Position numbers and translations under genes: made by a program. This document shows, one piece after another, positions 13,860-27,432 of a DNA stretch of 64,000 bases (position 1 is its first letter; every line of letters starts with the position of its first letter). Where the stretch lies: positions 96,720,001 to 96,784,000 of the forward strand of contig OX597816.1 in assembly GCA_951406725.2 (NCBI GenBank), read 5' to 3'. A model generated the notes under the pieces. It was not told where the DNA came from. It worked only from the letters and a program-made list of their open reading frames with translations, and did no database searches. The DNA is from Octopus vulgaris (taxonomy: Eukaryota).

Positions 13860-15300
13860 TCTCTTTTTCCAGAGATATCTATATCATTTCCCAGCTCCTT
13901 CCTTTAGCTTAGAGACACAACACTTTCCTCAACAGATGTACTGTTCTAAATAATGCTGCCAACCATGTACTTCCTTTGGAGTTTTGGTATTTTCAGCTTC
14001 ATATGCCAAAACATTACTTCCTTTGAGATGGTTCCAAGTACACCAATCATAGTAGGTACCATGCTCCCTTTTGAGGTTCAATAGATGCATTTTACTTCCA
14101 ATGCCAGGTCTTGGTATTGACTTACTTATTCTTTGTGTTCACAATATTCTGATCTGTCAATGAAGGTTCATTCTTTAGACTCCTTCTATAGGAGGGTGAT
14201 ATCTGGTTGATTACATTGCAGATTATTATCTGTGTAGATTGGCATATCTCACATGAGTTTCACTTGATTATTTTCCACTACTGACAATGGTTGGTGCTCA
14301 TCTCATTTATTGAGACATTCTGCCCCATATTTCCTGCACAACACTCAGTGTAATTGCAATGCCACTTTGTCATAGAATTTTTTGCACTCCTTTTGGGCCA
14401 GTTTTGGGCATCCACTGATTATATGTCTAACCATCTCAGATTATTTTTCATATGATCTACACAAAGGTGATAGTACTGTCTTATCAATGCTGCACTTGAT
14501 TGAGGTGGTTCATAAAGCTTGTTCTTGATCAACAAGGATCAGTCTTTCTGCTTTTCTTTTTTAAAACTCTATATCTTAGCCATCTCCAAACGTCTTCAGC
14601 AGCTTCATCTGCTGTTTCCAATTGATGATCTGTTCTTCATTACTTCTCATTTTGTACTCCTGAACGATCTCAACGTGATCACTGATCACTGATCACTCAG
14701 TGCAGTCAGCAGCATTTTTCCATTGCAATTTCAAAGATAGGCATGCAAGGACTTGGTCACTTTTATAATGATGTCTTCTGTTCTAACCAATCCCTTTCCA
14801 TCTTCCTTCCTAGGTAGGTAAAGCCTTGCTATGTTACACCAAGTATGAAGGCACTCATGCATGGCTATTATCTTCCTAGTTCTTTAGTCCCTGGTAGCCA
14901 GTTCCTCTTTTTCCCTTTCCACAACTCCCATATAGTAGCATACTAGGCTTATAGCCCAAGCACTGATGCCTCAGATCAGGTTTCCTGTATTCAACTCGGA
15001 TCCATATGGCTTCTTAACTCTTCTAGTATATTCATAAGAAATGTTTTCATTCATATTGGTGTTCATCATCTTGCTTACATGTAAAATTCCAAGGTACTTG
15101 TAACCTTCTCAGTTCACTTCTCTTATAGACTCATCATCTGGAAGTTGTACTTCGTTCCAGTCTATGTTTCACCCTCTCTTCAGTTCAAGAACAACATATT
15201 TATCTAGACTAAATGCCATCTTGCAAGCATCATTAGAATTACATTTCATTTTAGACATTTCTCTCATGAATGAGGTGTGTTTTTTATGGTTACCACCAAC
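13860..15300 (-). pseudogene. degenerate R4/Dong-like (RLE) non-LTR retrotransposon, RT C-terminus to endonuclease
   Basis: Remnants of GYKYLGIL, LYLPRKEDGKG, HIISGCPKLAQKE and VGT...LG with many stops. Confidence 0.7.
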
Positions 15301-15649
15301 CAGTAGTTATATTGTGCCACCATCTCTAGACAGGTTGCCAGCCAAGACTTCCAACAGATCAGTCTGTCTTTGTTGAAGTTGGTTATTCTGTGCTGGTTGC
15401 CATCTCCAATATTTACTCATGCAGCAAACAAAGAAAAACTTATACGGTTGAATGGTTGTTGACTAGTGAGTTGCTCTTCCCTCAAACAGGTTTTGCTTTT
15501 TTGTCCAGCAGTGTATCCAACAAAATCCACCCCACTTATCAGGCCAAGAGCTTGTTAGGGTTGCCAGTTTTGTCACTGATGGCTCAACCATGTAACAGTT
15601 TGTGTTGGATTACATGTTACCAGTAGCAATAACACTATTATCATCATCA

Positions 15650-15684
<35 letters not shown>

Positions 15685-15699
15685 GTAAAAAAGCTGTTA

Positions 15700-16910
15700 C
15701 ATGCTAATTTAATTAACAGGAACACTATCCTAAGGCCTGGTGACAAGTCTCTTCAAATCTCAAGAATCTTTCTTAGGATTTTCTGCAGGTTAACAGTATG
15801 TATCATAATTCTATGATTCTTTAGCCTCTTAAGTAGCACTTTGGGTACTGGGTAGAGTACAGCAGCTACCACAGAAATAGTTCTCACCTTTGTGTTCTAC
15901 AATCTCTTCATCTCTATGGTTAGGTTCTGATATTTCTCAGTGTTATCAGTTTCCTTAATATCCACTCTATATCATGGAATTGAAAAGTCTATACTCCTAC
16001 ATTGTTTTTTTTCTAACTTCTGTAATCACATCTGGTCTACCAGCTTCAATAGTATGATCACTCTTTCTGGAGAAATTTCCTGAAATCCAGCAGTTGTCTT
16101 TCACCATCACAGCCGCTGGTTCATGTTCATACCAATTTTCTCTCATTTTAAGGTGGCGAGCTGGCAGAAACATTAGCATGATGGGCGAAATGCTTAGCGG
16201 TATTTCATCTGTCTTTGCGTCCTAAGTTCAAATTCTATTGAGGTCGACTTTGCCTTTCATCCATTCAGGGTCGATAAATGAAGTACCAATTGCATACTGG
16301 AGTCAATCTAATCAACTGGCCCCTTTCCCAAAAATTTTGGGCTTTGTGCTTAGAGTAGAAAAGAATTTTCTCTCACTTTGAATCCACAAATTTGGTTAAT
16401 ATCCCACTGCATTTTTTTACCAATACAGCTATGCATGATACCGTTATACAATTTGTATGCAAACATACTGCTCTTAACAGGGAGATATACTTTTGTCTCA
16501 TTTTCCATACATTTGCTCTGTGACTGAGTTTCATCAATTTTTATCTTGACCAAATTCTATAATTAGCAATGCAGTTTCTTGTTTCAGGTTTCCATCTATA
16601 AACCAAAACCAACTTATCATATTAATTGGCCACAGAGTTCTTTGTCTTTCCAAATATTTTTTTATGTCATTCTTCTTTCTGTTCTTGAATTCTTTCCCCA
16701 TTTAAGTGGCTTCAATATTTCTAACTGCAGAGAAGAGTGTTTCCTCACTATAAAAGAAACAGTTTTTCAAGCCCCAAATTGTAGCAATGGTGTCTTCCGC
16801 ATTAACAAACATTTACCTTCTTTTATTCTTGCTAAATAGAGCCTGTTGATATTACTTTTAGGGTGGTATGTATTTTTCATTGTGAGCAAATCCTAGATCA
16901 GTCAAATAAC
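15700..16910 (-). pseudogene. second R4/Dong-like LINE fragment, interrupted by a SINE
   Basis: WYEHEP and DHTIEAGRPDV motifs; (ATT)n tract at about 15640-15685 next to the 3' end. Confidence 0.7.
16149..16363 (+). mobile_element. tRNA-derived SINE with target-site duplication
   Basis: ggtggcgagctggcagaa...gttcaaattc...gactttgcctttcatcc core. Flanked by aattttctctcattt (16134-16148) and aattttctctcactt (16364-16378). Confidence 0.85.
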
Positions 16911-16959
16911 TGTAGCTCTTTCTTATTATCAATATTATTACTATGAGGAACCATTAACA

Positions 16960-17540
16960 CCAAAAGAAATGCTTAATGGCATTGCTTCCATTTTCACATT
17001 CTAAGTTCAAATGCCACCAAGGTTGACTTTGCCTTTCAGCCTTTTGGAGCTGATAAGATAAGACCCAGTTGAAGACATGAGCCAATGCAACTAACTTAAC
17101 CCCATCCCTTGAAATTGCTGGCCTTGTGCCAAAATTTCAAACCAATATAATTATTAGGGCAGTGGACAAGTAGAATTGGTATAGCACTGGACAAAATACT
17201 TAGTGATGTTTCTTCCTGACCTCTGAATGCCCCCAAAACTGACTTTGCCTTTCATTCTTACAGGGTTAATAAAAAAGTACCAGTCAAATACTGGGGTCAC
17301 TGTAATCAACTCATCCTCTCCCCTCAGATTTACTGGCTTTATACCAAAATTAAAAAGAATTATTATAAGCAGGATCATTAGCACTTTAGACAAAATGCTT
17401 AACAGCATTTCATCTGACTTTATGTTCTGAGGCAAAAATTCTGCCAAGGTTGACTTTGTCTTCCATCTTTTTGTGGTCGATGAAATAATTACCAGTTAAG
17501 CACTGGAGTTGAAGTAATTGACTAGCTCCCATCCCCAACT
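16960..17540 (+). mobile_element. three head-to-tail degenerate SINE copies
   Basis: 'aaatgctta...gactttg(c/t)ct(t)tca' core repeated three times; same family as 16149 and about 10000-10170. Confidence 0.75.
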
Positions 17541-17752
17541 CTATCAAAATATCAGACAGCAACAGTACTAGCAGTTTTATTAGTAGCAGCAGTAGCTGTA
17601 ATAGCAAAAATGTAGTGATGACAATGATGGTTATGATGACCATAATCATTATATTCATAATCATCAACAAAGCAAAGCAAGTAATAAAAATAGAATAAAA
17701 TTTATTAAAAAGAATGTAAGATTTAAACTTCAAATAAGGCAATATCATTTAC

Positions 17753-17854
17753 CTTTTCCAACAAGATATGGCAAAGAGCCTGGAAGTTGGCTCTGTTGCT
17801 TTCAAGTTCATCCCAATCAATTTTCCAAGAACTTGTTGGCTCCAGTATATAGGG
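17753..17854 (-). CDS. M1AP: M1AP-like gene, coding exon (PYILEPTSSWKIDWDELESNRANFQALCHILLEK)
   Basis: ttttacag|ccc...aag|gtaaat, 102 nt, phase 0-0. Strong match to the recalled M1AP motif PFILRPTSCWQLDWDELETNQQHFHALCHSLLKR. Not present in the ORF track. Confidence 0.92.
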
Positions 17855-18129
17855 CTGTAAAATTGTACAAAGAACTTTGTTTAAAAACATACATTACTCT
17901 GAATATATATAGCCTTCCAAATATGTCTCAGTATTAATACAAACAAAAGCATGAGATGTAGAATATATATATATACAACCAATAGATTGCAATATCCATC
18001 CATCCATCCATATATATATATGAGTACGGGACACTTTTATCTGCTGCAATTTTTGCAACTTGTAATAAAGCCTGTCTTTGTATGAAACAATTGTACTAAA
18101 AACTAATCCATTCTTGTTGCTTCTTTCTC

Positions 18130-18170
<41 letters not shown>

Positions 18171-18174
<4 letters not shown>

Positions 18175-19382
18175 GTCATCCCATAAGATCTGTCCAAATT
18201 TTGGATAAAGAAAACAAGTGATCAAATGTGATATTTAATTGAAATTTAATCATCAATGTACTTTCCCTGATTATCTATGACTGCCTTCCATCTATTTACA
18301 AGCTTTTTAATCCCATCAATGTAAAACTCTTTTGGTTTCAAAGTGAAGAACTCTGAAATGTCTGTTTCAACCTCCTCCTGGCTTGCAAAAGTTATGCACC
18401 GCCAAATTATTCTGTAAACTAAGAAACAAATGGTAGTCTGAAGAAGCAAGGTTGGGAGAATAAGGTGGATGAAGAATTTATTCCCAACCAAGCTCTTCGA
18501 TCTTCTGTGATGTGATCTTTGCAGTGTGGGGTCACGCATTGTCCTGATGAAACATCACTCCTTTTCAATTCACTAAAGTGGATCTTTTTTTGTTCAAAGG
18601 CTCTATTGCTGACAGTAGACTTAAGCATTGATTGTTGCATTAGGTGGTAATAATTCAAAGTGAATTACTCCTTTGTAATCACATCAGATAGAGAGAAGAA
18701 CCTTTTTTTTCCATGAAGTTCCCTTCTCGGTTGTGGTTGAGCTTTTTCCCTTTTACCAAGCCACTATTTATGATGTTTCACATTTCAATAGAAGATCCAT
18801 TTTTCGTCACCAGTCACATGAGTTCGCAAGAATGGAGAGAAAAGCAGACAATTCATGAGGCACCCATTTTCCAAGTTTAGGAAACTGTCCAAGTTGTTGA
18901 AGATGATGATGAACAGTTGTATGGTTTGAACTAAGCTTTATTGCCAATTCTTCAACTGATAATGCAGGATTTTCTTTAAGTAATGCCTTAAGGAGCTTAT
19001 CATCAAACTCAACTGGACATTCTGTTCAATCTTCATCTTCAAGGCTGAAATCTTCACTTCTGAATTTTGCAAACCATCTTCTGCAAGTTCTTTCATTCAA
19101 GCATTCTTGCCCATAAACTGAGTGTATGTTTCGAGTCACTTTGGTGGCAGAGTTTCCTTTTTTGTACTCATAAAGCATTAAATGCCCTTTGGATACTTCA
19201 ATGTTAGAAAGGGTTTTAATCAAAGTAATTTTAATTCTATTATTCTGTAAAATAATACTTATTTAGTTTAAATGTACACAAATGCATAAAAATAACTTTT
19301 AATTCCCTTAGACATTCTAAAATACTATTAAATTTCATTTAATTTTAAAAACGGTTAAATTAGACAGAATTTATGGGATGAC

Positions 19383-19386
<4 letters not shown>
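18171..19386 (-). mobile_element. mariner DNA transposon, near full length, inactivated
   Basis: TIRs tcaggtcatcccataag and ttatgggatgaccgga set in (TA)n. Transposase remnants include the N-terminal HTH (RTCRRWFAKFRS), WVPHEL, VTGDEKW and YSPNLASSDY. Confidence 0.92.
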
Positions 19387-19427
<41 letters not shown>

Positions 19428-19527
19428 TCCCCCTCCCCCTCCTCTTCATCATCATCATCTGTTGTCCATGCTGCCATGGGTTGCATGGTTTGACCAGCAC
19501 TGGTAAGCTGCATCAGAATCTAGTCTG

Positions 19528-19720
19528 ATTTGGGATGGCTTCTATGGCTGGATGCCCTTTCTAATGCCAACTACTTTACAGAGTGTGCTGGGTACTTTTA
19601 AGTGGCATCACAATGGTTCTTATACATGGCATATACATATACTCACACACACACACAGATATATATATATATATATATCTTTGTGTGTGTGTGTGTATAT
19701 ATATACACACACACACACAC

Positions 19721-19760
<40 letters not shown>

Positions 19761-19891
19761 GTGTGTGTGTGTGTGAGTATATGTATATGCCATGTATAAG
19801 AACCATTATGATGCCACTTAAAAGTACCCAGCACACTCTGTAAAGTAGTTGGCATTAGAAAGGGCATCCAGCCATAGAAGCCATCCCAAAT
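19528..19891. repeat. near-perfect palindrome centred on (TA)n/(CA)n
   Basis: The SINE segment at about 19528-19660 is repeated inverted at about 19757-19891 with one substitution. The same peptides appear on both strands in the ORF track. Confidence 0.97.
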
Positions 19892-19894
19892 TCT

Positions 19895-19995
19895 AGTGTA
19901 TGTTCAGATGACAACAATATTAATGATGATAATAATATATATATATTATATATATTATTATCATCATTAATATTGTTGTCATCTGAACATACACT
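19895..19995. repeat. second adjacent palindrome centred on (TA)n
   Basis: agtgtatgttcagatgacaacaatattaatgatgataataa and ttattatcatcattaatattgttgtcatctgaacatacact are exact reverse complements. Confidence 0.97.
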
Positions 19996-20629
19996 TTCCC
20001 ATTTTTGAATGAGTCGGATGGAAGCCATTGAGGTAAGTTTACTATAGGTGGATGCCCTTCCTGCCACCAATCCTCATTTGTTTGCAAGCAAGGTAATATT
20101 TTCTCATAATAAAGGCAGCAAGCTGGCAGAATAGTTAGCATGCCAGGTGAAATACTTAACAACATTTAGTATGGCTTTACATTCTGAGTTCAAATTCTGG
20201 CAAGATTGACTGCCTTTCATCCTTTCGGGGTCAATAAATCAAGTACTAGCTGGACAGCTGCTTCACCAAAATTGCTGGCAGTGTGTGAAAATTTGAAACC
20301 AGTATTTCTTCATAACCAACTGTTTCTAGGGAAGATTGGAAATGAATGATACTGTTCATATGATGATGGCAAACGTTTACAATTATCATGTGTTGTCAAA
20401 GTAAGAAAGTATAAACACACAAACACACACACAGATGCACACACACACACACACACATACAAGCACACACACACATAAATGCACAAGCACACATGCATGC
20501 ACACATATTTCTATACAACAGGCACCTTTCAGTTTCTGTCTATCAAATCAACTCATAAAGCCTTGGTTTGCCAGGAGTAACAGTAGAAGGTACTTGCCAC
20601 AGTGAAGCTATATATATAAATATATATTC

Positions 20630-21010
20630 TTTAATTCTTTTACTTCTTTCAGTCATTTGACTGCAGCTATGCTGGAGCACCAGCCTTAGTTGAACAAATC
20701 GACCCCAGGACTTATTCTTTGTAAGCCTGGTACCTATTCTATCAGTCTCTTTTGCCGAAGTGCTAAGTTACGGGGACATAAACACACCAACATTACTTGT
20801 CAAGAGATGGTGGGGGAGAAACACATACACACATACATACACTATATACAACGGGCTTCTTTCAGTTTCTGTCTATCAAATCCACTCACAAAGCTTTGGT
20901 TGATCCAAAGTTACAGTGGAAGACACTTGCCCAAGGTATCATGCAGTGGGACTGAACCTGGAACCATGTGTTTGGGAAGCAAGTTTCTTACCACACAGCC
21001 ACTCCTGCAC
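20630..21010 (-). mobile_element. tRNA-derived SINE with internal CA/TA microsatellite
   Basis: Reverse complement of the family at 42860-43225 and 47203-47595. Confidence 0.85.
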
Positions 21011-22539
21011 CTAGTACACTAAACAAAGCTTTTAAAACCCTATTTCTATATTTGCAAAGTAGTAGTAGATTTTTCTTGCATACTAATGCTTCAGAATCTC
21101 ATCTTATCCCTTTTACCTTATTCAACACATAATCTTTTATTCATTTATTGGTCTTACTCATTGGTTTGCAGCCTAACTGGAGTACTAGTTGCTAGGGTTC
21201 AGTTGATCACGTCAACCCCAGTGGTTATTCCAGTCAAGCCCTTATTTTGTCAATCTCTATATGTTGAACAATTAGGTGATGTGACATAAAGGGATAAGAA
21301 AAAGAAAAAAACATTGGCTTTTAGACCAGTATAAACATAAACAGAGATATGGAAACAGAAACACCCACATGTACATCCCAAACACACACACACACACACA
21401 AGCACACATCCAACATCAGCATTGTATCTAGATCATCATCATCACCACCGTGACCACAACTATTTTACATATTTCTTGTGCTGACATGAACTGGACCGTT
21501 TAACAGGATCTAGCAAGAAAGAAGACCATGTTTTGCACCAATGTCTCTGTTTTGGGATAGTTTCCATAGCTAGATGCGTACCTAATAGCAACTTTACATA
21601 GAGTATTGGGTGGTAGGAGAAAGAAGAGAAAGTAATGTCAGGGTGGGGGATAGAGTGATAAATGGCAAGGGTCACAGTGTGATGAATAACTAAGTGATGA
21701 GGTGGGTCAAGTAAGAAGGCACCAGGACTCTTCTCCACACACCACACATATACACACTTACATGTATCAACATCATTATGATCATAATCATTTTAGGTTC
21801 AGTCTCCATACCTAATAAGATTGGATGGATTGTCATAGTTCAAGTCAGTTCTTATAAGTTACACAGGTTTATTGTTGGAGAAGACAGCAGGAAGAAACTA
21901 ACAGAGACAGTATTAGGGGAGAGAGGTGGAAAATAATGTTAGGGTTAAATAAAAGGGTGTCAGAGAGTGATAAGAATGGTCAGGTGGGGTGAATAAGAGA
22001 TCAGTGCTACTCAGCATTATATACTAATGGGCAGAGTGGTTCATGAAGGAGAGATAAAATGATGGGGATTAAAAGCCAGTTTCTATCCTGATTGTTATAT
22101 GTCCAAGACAGTATGATGTCAGAGGAATCTGGGAGCCTTATTATTCAGGACAGAAGGTGGGATAGCAAGATATGGATGGTGGAAGAAAATATTCAACATG
22201 CATAGATCAAATGCTTTCCTCTCATTAACAGATGGCATGGTATGGTGAGTAGATGATATGGAGCAGGGAGGATATAGAATAGGTATTAGTGATAGGAGAA
22301 GAGATGAGATGTGAGGGTTTATAAGCAGGAGTGTATGTAGAGGCTGCATTTTCTGCAGTACTGCATATAACCAGTCAGCACAGTCTTCTATCATATACCT
22401 CATCAAATGTAGTATCGTGAAATCATTTTCCACCATCTCCTCCCAAGCCATCCTTGTCTCTCTTATCTACAGATCCCATACAGTTTCAGTACTCTGCACT
22501 GATTTATGTACTTGTTATCTTCTATCCATCATCTATCAT

Positions 22540-23400
22540 GTTCCCATACTATTGCAGTCTCTTTACATGCATTCTGAGTCTACTTCTTATACTCAGTTTG
22601 ACTCTTACTTCATTTACAATTTGTTCATTCACATGAATATGATACATCCAGTAAAGCATACTCCCTTCACCTTTTTCTAGAGTTTGCAGATCCTCTGTAT
22701 TCAAGGTTTGCATCTCACTGACATGCAGCAATACACTTTGCATACATGCATTATACAAACTGACTCTAAGGGAGAAGCCTTTGTTGCCAGAAAAGGTATT
22801 AGCTTTCTGAACTTTCTCCACTCTTTTCTATTCTGGCTAATGATCTAATTAGTAGTATGGAGCAGTAGTTTCAGAACTACTTCTATAGAGTCATCACATT
22901 TGAGAGAAACTATTTCCTGATTACTCCCAGTGCTTATTGTCTGAACGCACCCACTACATGGTAATTAAGGGCTGGTCTCTAAGAGTAAATAGCAGCTTGT
23001 ATAATGTGTGTGCATGAAATGCAGTACTGCATGGTAGTGTGATGTGGTCCTTGAATGTATTGCAGAAACTGAAAAGAAATAAGGCAAGCATGCTTCACAG
23101 GATGTGAATGTTAGTTTGGAAAATGACAGATTATTTATGAGCTGAGAGTAAAACTGGATACGAGAAATCAGATACAATGTGCATGAGAAAAGACTGTGCT
23201 ACAATGAAATGTAATGCAAATTAAGGATGACAGCTAAATAAAAACTCATGCACATTTAATGTGAATGAAACCTGTGGATGTTGTATTTCCTGCAAATGTC
23301 AAAGGACAGAGTTGAGTGGCAATTTATGATGTTGGTGAAGATATGACCATAAAAGATCCAACCAGCAGTAAGTCCCGAAAAATGGTGACAGTGTATGTTT
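22540..23400. pseudogene. two old RTE fragments in opposite orientations
   Basis: LYNACMQSVLLHVSE (minus, 22549-22821), followed by a plus-strand homologue at about 23000-23400. Confidence 0.65.
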
Positions 23401-24011
23401 GGAATTGTGAGTACATGTTTATGTGCATTGCATGTATGTGCATGTATATGTACCACCAAAACTGCCTCCTTCATACCTATACATCCTCTTATATCGTTAC
23501 CACTTACTTTCCTGTCACATGCTGCTCTACCACTCAGCCTTCACTGTTGTTCATTGGGATGGCACTCACTTTCTATTCATCTAACATCTTCATTACTCAA
23601 CCACTCATTTCTCATCTCAATGTCTATATATAAAGGACAACATAGGACATTATAACTCAAAGAGATAATAGGAGGAAAAGAGGGCTAAAAAGAAACAGAT
23701 GGTGACAGAAGTGGGAATTTAGTATGCATTGACCCAGTGTTTCATTCATTCCACAAGTGGCAAGGTACAATGAATAGAGGAATGATAGCAGAAGGATAAT
23801 GAGGTATCAAATAAGCAAGAAGAAGAAGTAGTGATTTAGCAGGCAAACAATAGGTGATGTAGATACATATATATTCAAGCTTCCATTACTGCTCCAAGGT
23901 GGTTGGGTTTTCGCCAGTATCATGCACCAGCAACAAAAATGGTCTTTTAAGTGTATTTGTTCCTCTTTGTGAGAGTTGGCCATTTTGTGAATATTTGTGG
24001 ATATGCATGTA

Positions 24012-24835
24012 CAGGGTATTTGGGTTAAATTTGACAAATTCTTTTGTAACCTTTTCACAGTAACAGATTGATGTATTGATGAATAGTCAATGGCATTGGG
24101 TTACAAAAAGATTAAAGTTGTAGTTGAGAAAAAGTTAATTGACATGGAGGACTGGAAACCATCTGAATATTGGGAAAGAGTTACCTGTATCATGATGTTT
24201 GCACCAAGTATCAAAATGCCAACATCATAATTGCTGCTCAACATTCTGTGAACACTGTAAAAGCTGTATGACATGATTTGGAGATCTGCAACAGAAACTA
24301 CATAGCAATGTCCAACAGGAACAGACACAGCAGGCATTCTGACTGCATCTGAATGCTGCAATTCAGATAGTCATGTGAAGAAACCAGAAACTATGATCAA
24401 TGCCTGGCTGGAAAGTGTTGCTGCTGGAAGGCCATAAGTATGGCAGTAGGGTTTGACTCTTTTCCATACCTTCGGAAAATGTCAGAAGTGGTTGTTGGAG
24501 AATTTCTATGACTTTACCAGCCCTGATTTTTGGCCTCCTAATTCCCCCACTTGTAATCCCACTCTTCTTGCAACACCAAGGCTGAGCTGGTGACCAAGAT
24601 CAAGGTGGTATTCAAAGATCTTCCCAGGGACACAGTGAAGAACACATGCACCAAGGTTTTGGAGCCATCTTCAGATTGTGGTGGAAGCTGAAGGCAGCTA
24701 TTTGAGTAAACTGTTATCTCCCAGCCATAATCTAGTCGATATATTTTGATCTTTTAAAATACTTTTATTTTTAGACGGAATATGGTCTCTTCTTTTCCTT
24801 TTATGCAAACTGTCAAATTTATCCTGAATACCCTG
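24012..24835 (+). mobile_element. Tc1/mariner-superfamily element, internally deleted (copy 1)
   Basis: TA|cagggtatt...aaatttgaca and tgtcaaattt...aataccctg|TA TIRs; FWPPNSP motif; homologous to 26563-27432. Confidence 0.85.
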
Positions 24836-25029
24836 TATACATACATATGACCAAGCAACAAAAACTGCTTTCCAGTGCTGACTGGTTGATTGGAAACAAC
24901 TTCTCAAGTGTTCATAAGAATAACATTAAGTACATTTTTATCTTTGAAAAAGATCTTGTTCCCTTGAATGTGTGTATGTGAAAATTTTCAGCACAATCCA
25001 GATATTCTGTTCAATTATAATTGTAACTA

Positions 25030-25185
25030 ACCCAGGTTTGAAATTTCTCCAAGACACCTGATGAAGGCTGGAGGGTATATTAGCCGAAACGTGTTAACAA
25101 CAAACAAGATGAGGACAAATATCCATCAAATGTAAATAATGTAAATAATGTGCATTATTCCTCATCTCTTAAATATAGAACTGTA
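25030..25185 (+). ncRNA. degenerate minimal hammerhead ribozyme in a short Penelope-like repeat
   Basis: acac-CTGATGA-a-ggctg...tagcc-GAAA-c-gtgt at 25054-25095. Stems I and II can form, but the UH cleavage segment appears deleted. Confidence 0.6.
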
Positions 25186-26090
25186 ATTGTAATTTTACAA
25201 CTATTATTGAACAAAGTATGTGTAAGCTAAATTAAAATTTAACTTTGCAAATTTAGGCTCAACTGTTGGAATGTGTGCCTGCTAGAGGGTGAAAGCAATA
25301 AAGACTACAGCAATTATTTCTCTAATTTTGACAAAAAAGATAGAAATATGATGAGAGTATAAAAATAGTGATCAGTTAATAACAGCGCTAAAATGTTTAC
25401 GAAAGAATTTTAAGGTTTTATAACATTTAATTTGAGAAAGAAAATATTCTGACTTCAGATTACATCAATAATTTTGCATATAACATTCTATACTATTTAA
25501 CTGCTGAATGATGAATGAAAGTATTCAAAACAGAACAAATAATTCCATATCTATCAAAGTGAAGAAAATCTAAAACTGCTAAATAACAAAATAGCTATAG
25601 CAGAAGTAGCTTATCATCTTAGTTAATGTTTACAAGTATCTCATTTATAACATTTCGCAACTTGTAATTACAGACGATTGCATCCATTGAATAATGCAGC
25701 AGACAGGTAATAATTGCCTACTATATTCATTCTCATAGGTAATTTGTGAGATGGGATAAAGTTATTTTAATGACTCAATTTCGAAATAATTTGAATTACT
25801 AGTTCTAACAAATTATAATGGTATAATAAATGCCCAATGGTAATAGATTGGAGCATATATTACATTATGAATAAATATATAGCAATGGAAGTGTTAAGAT
25901 ACACTGTTAGTCTAGATTTTGTTTAAAGAGTTCGTATAGAATCTTGATTACCATCATATTATAATCATATTTTTTTAAATATTTATTTGTAACTATTCAA
26001 ACTGGCTGAGGAAACTTAAATGAGGAACATGGTTATCTGATTATGCTGAGCTACCAGTATGAAATAATATATACATATATGTGTGTGTGT

Positions 26091-26137
<47 letters not shown>

Positions 26138-26139
26138 GG

Positions 26140-26512
26140 CTGTTGTTGGTGTCACATAAGTGGTACCTGTGCCAGTGGCATGGAGAAAACACCTTTTGAG
26201 CATTGGGCCTCAGAGGCAATGACAAGTGACTGAAATCTTTGACAATATGCTGTGCTTGAGAAGACGACCCCGCAAGCTAAGTTAAATTGTAGTCATGGCA
26301 GATACTGGTGTCACCAACTGGCACCCATACCGGTGGCATGCAAAAGCACCCATTACACTCTCAGAGTGGTTGGCATTAGGAAGGGCATCTAGTCATAGAA
26401 ACCATGCCAAATCAGACTGGAGTCTGGTGCACTCCCTCAGCTTACCAGCCCTGGTCAAACCATCCAATCCATGCCAGCATGGACAATGGATGTTAAATGA
26501 TGATGATGATGA
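26140..26512 (+). mobile_element. RTE-tail SINE with (GAT)n tail
   Basis: Same 3' sequence as 2780-3195. Confidence 0.8.
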
Positions 26513-26562
26513 TTACACACATACACACACACACACACATGCAAACAAACATATATACATAT

Positions 26563-27432
26563 AAGATGTTCAGGATAAATAAGAAAATTTTGTATGTAAC
26601 CTTTTTCAGGAACTGCTTGATGTATTGATGAACAGGCAGTGGCATTGAAATGCATAAAGATTAAAGTTGCAATTAAGAAAAAGTTAACTAACATGGAGAA
26701 CTGGAAACCATCTGAAGATTGGAAAAGAGTTACTTATATCATGATGATTTGCACTGGGTATCAAAATGCTGACATCACGACTGCTGCTCAATGCACTGTG
26801 AACACTGAAAAAGCCGTAAGACATGACATGGACAACTGCAACAGAGACTCTGAAGCAAGACCCAGCAGGAAAGGACACAGCAGGCATTCTCATTGCATCC
26901 TTATGCCAGAATTTATCCTCATATCTTTGAAGAAGGCCTTAGGCACAATTCAGATGGCTATGTGAAGCTGGAGACTGTGATCAATCCCTGGCTGGAAGAC
27001 CATATGTGTGGCAGTAAGATTTGTCTCCTTGACATACCACCAGAAGGAGCCAGAAGTAGTTGTTAGAGAATTTTCATGACTTCACCAGGCCTGGCCTCCT
27101 AATTTTCCATGGATTAATATGTATGAGGTGTGTTTGATAATCATACCAACTGCTTTTCCTGCAACACCAAGGACAAGTTGGTGGCCAAAATCTTAGAAGT
27201 GTTCAAAGGTCTTCCCAGGGACACAGTGAGGAATGAATCTGCCAGCTACTGGAGCTGACTCAAAGCCATGCTGAAAGCTGAGCTCAGCTAGTTTGAGTAA
27301 ACTGTAATCTCCCAGTCATAACCTAGTTGATATATTTTTAGTTTTTTAAAATACTTCTATTTTTGGATGGAATATGTTGCTTTCTTTTTTGTTTCCTTTT
27401 ATAAAACTGCCAAATTTACCTCAGACAACCTG
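26563..27432 (+). mobile_element. Tc1/mariner-superfamily element, internally deleted (copy 2)
   Basis: Colinear with 24012-24835 (WKPSE.WKRVT, WPPN); degenerate TIRs. Confidence 0.8.

Noticed and set aside
16149-16260. tRNA gene
   Set aside because: The A/B-box-like head belongs to a SINE with a TSD; no cloverleaf.
19552-19867. Matching ORFs on both strands (MCWVLLSG..., MPFLMPTT...)
   Set aside because: By-product of the palindrome and microsatellites; YIYI and HTHT runs are not real protein.
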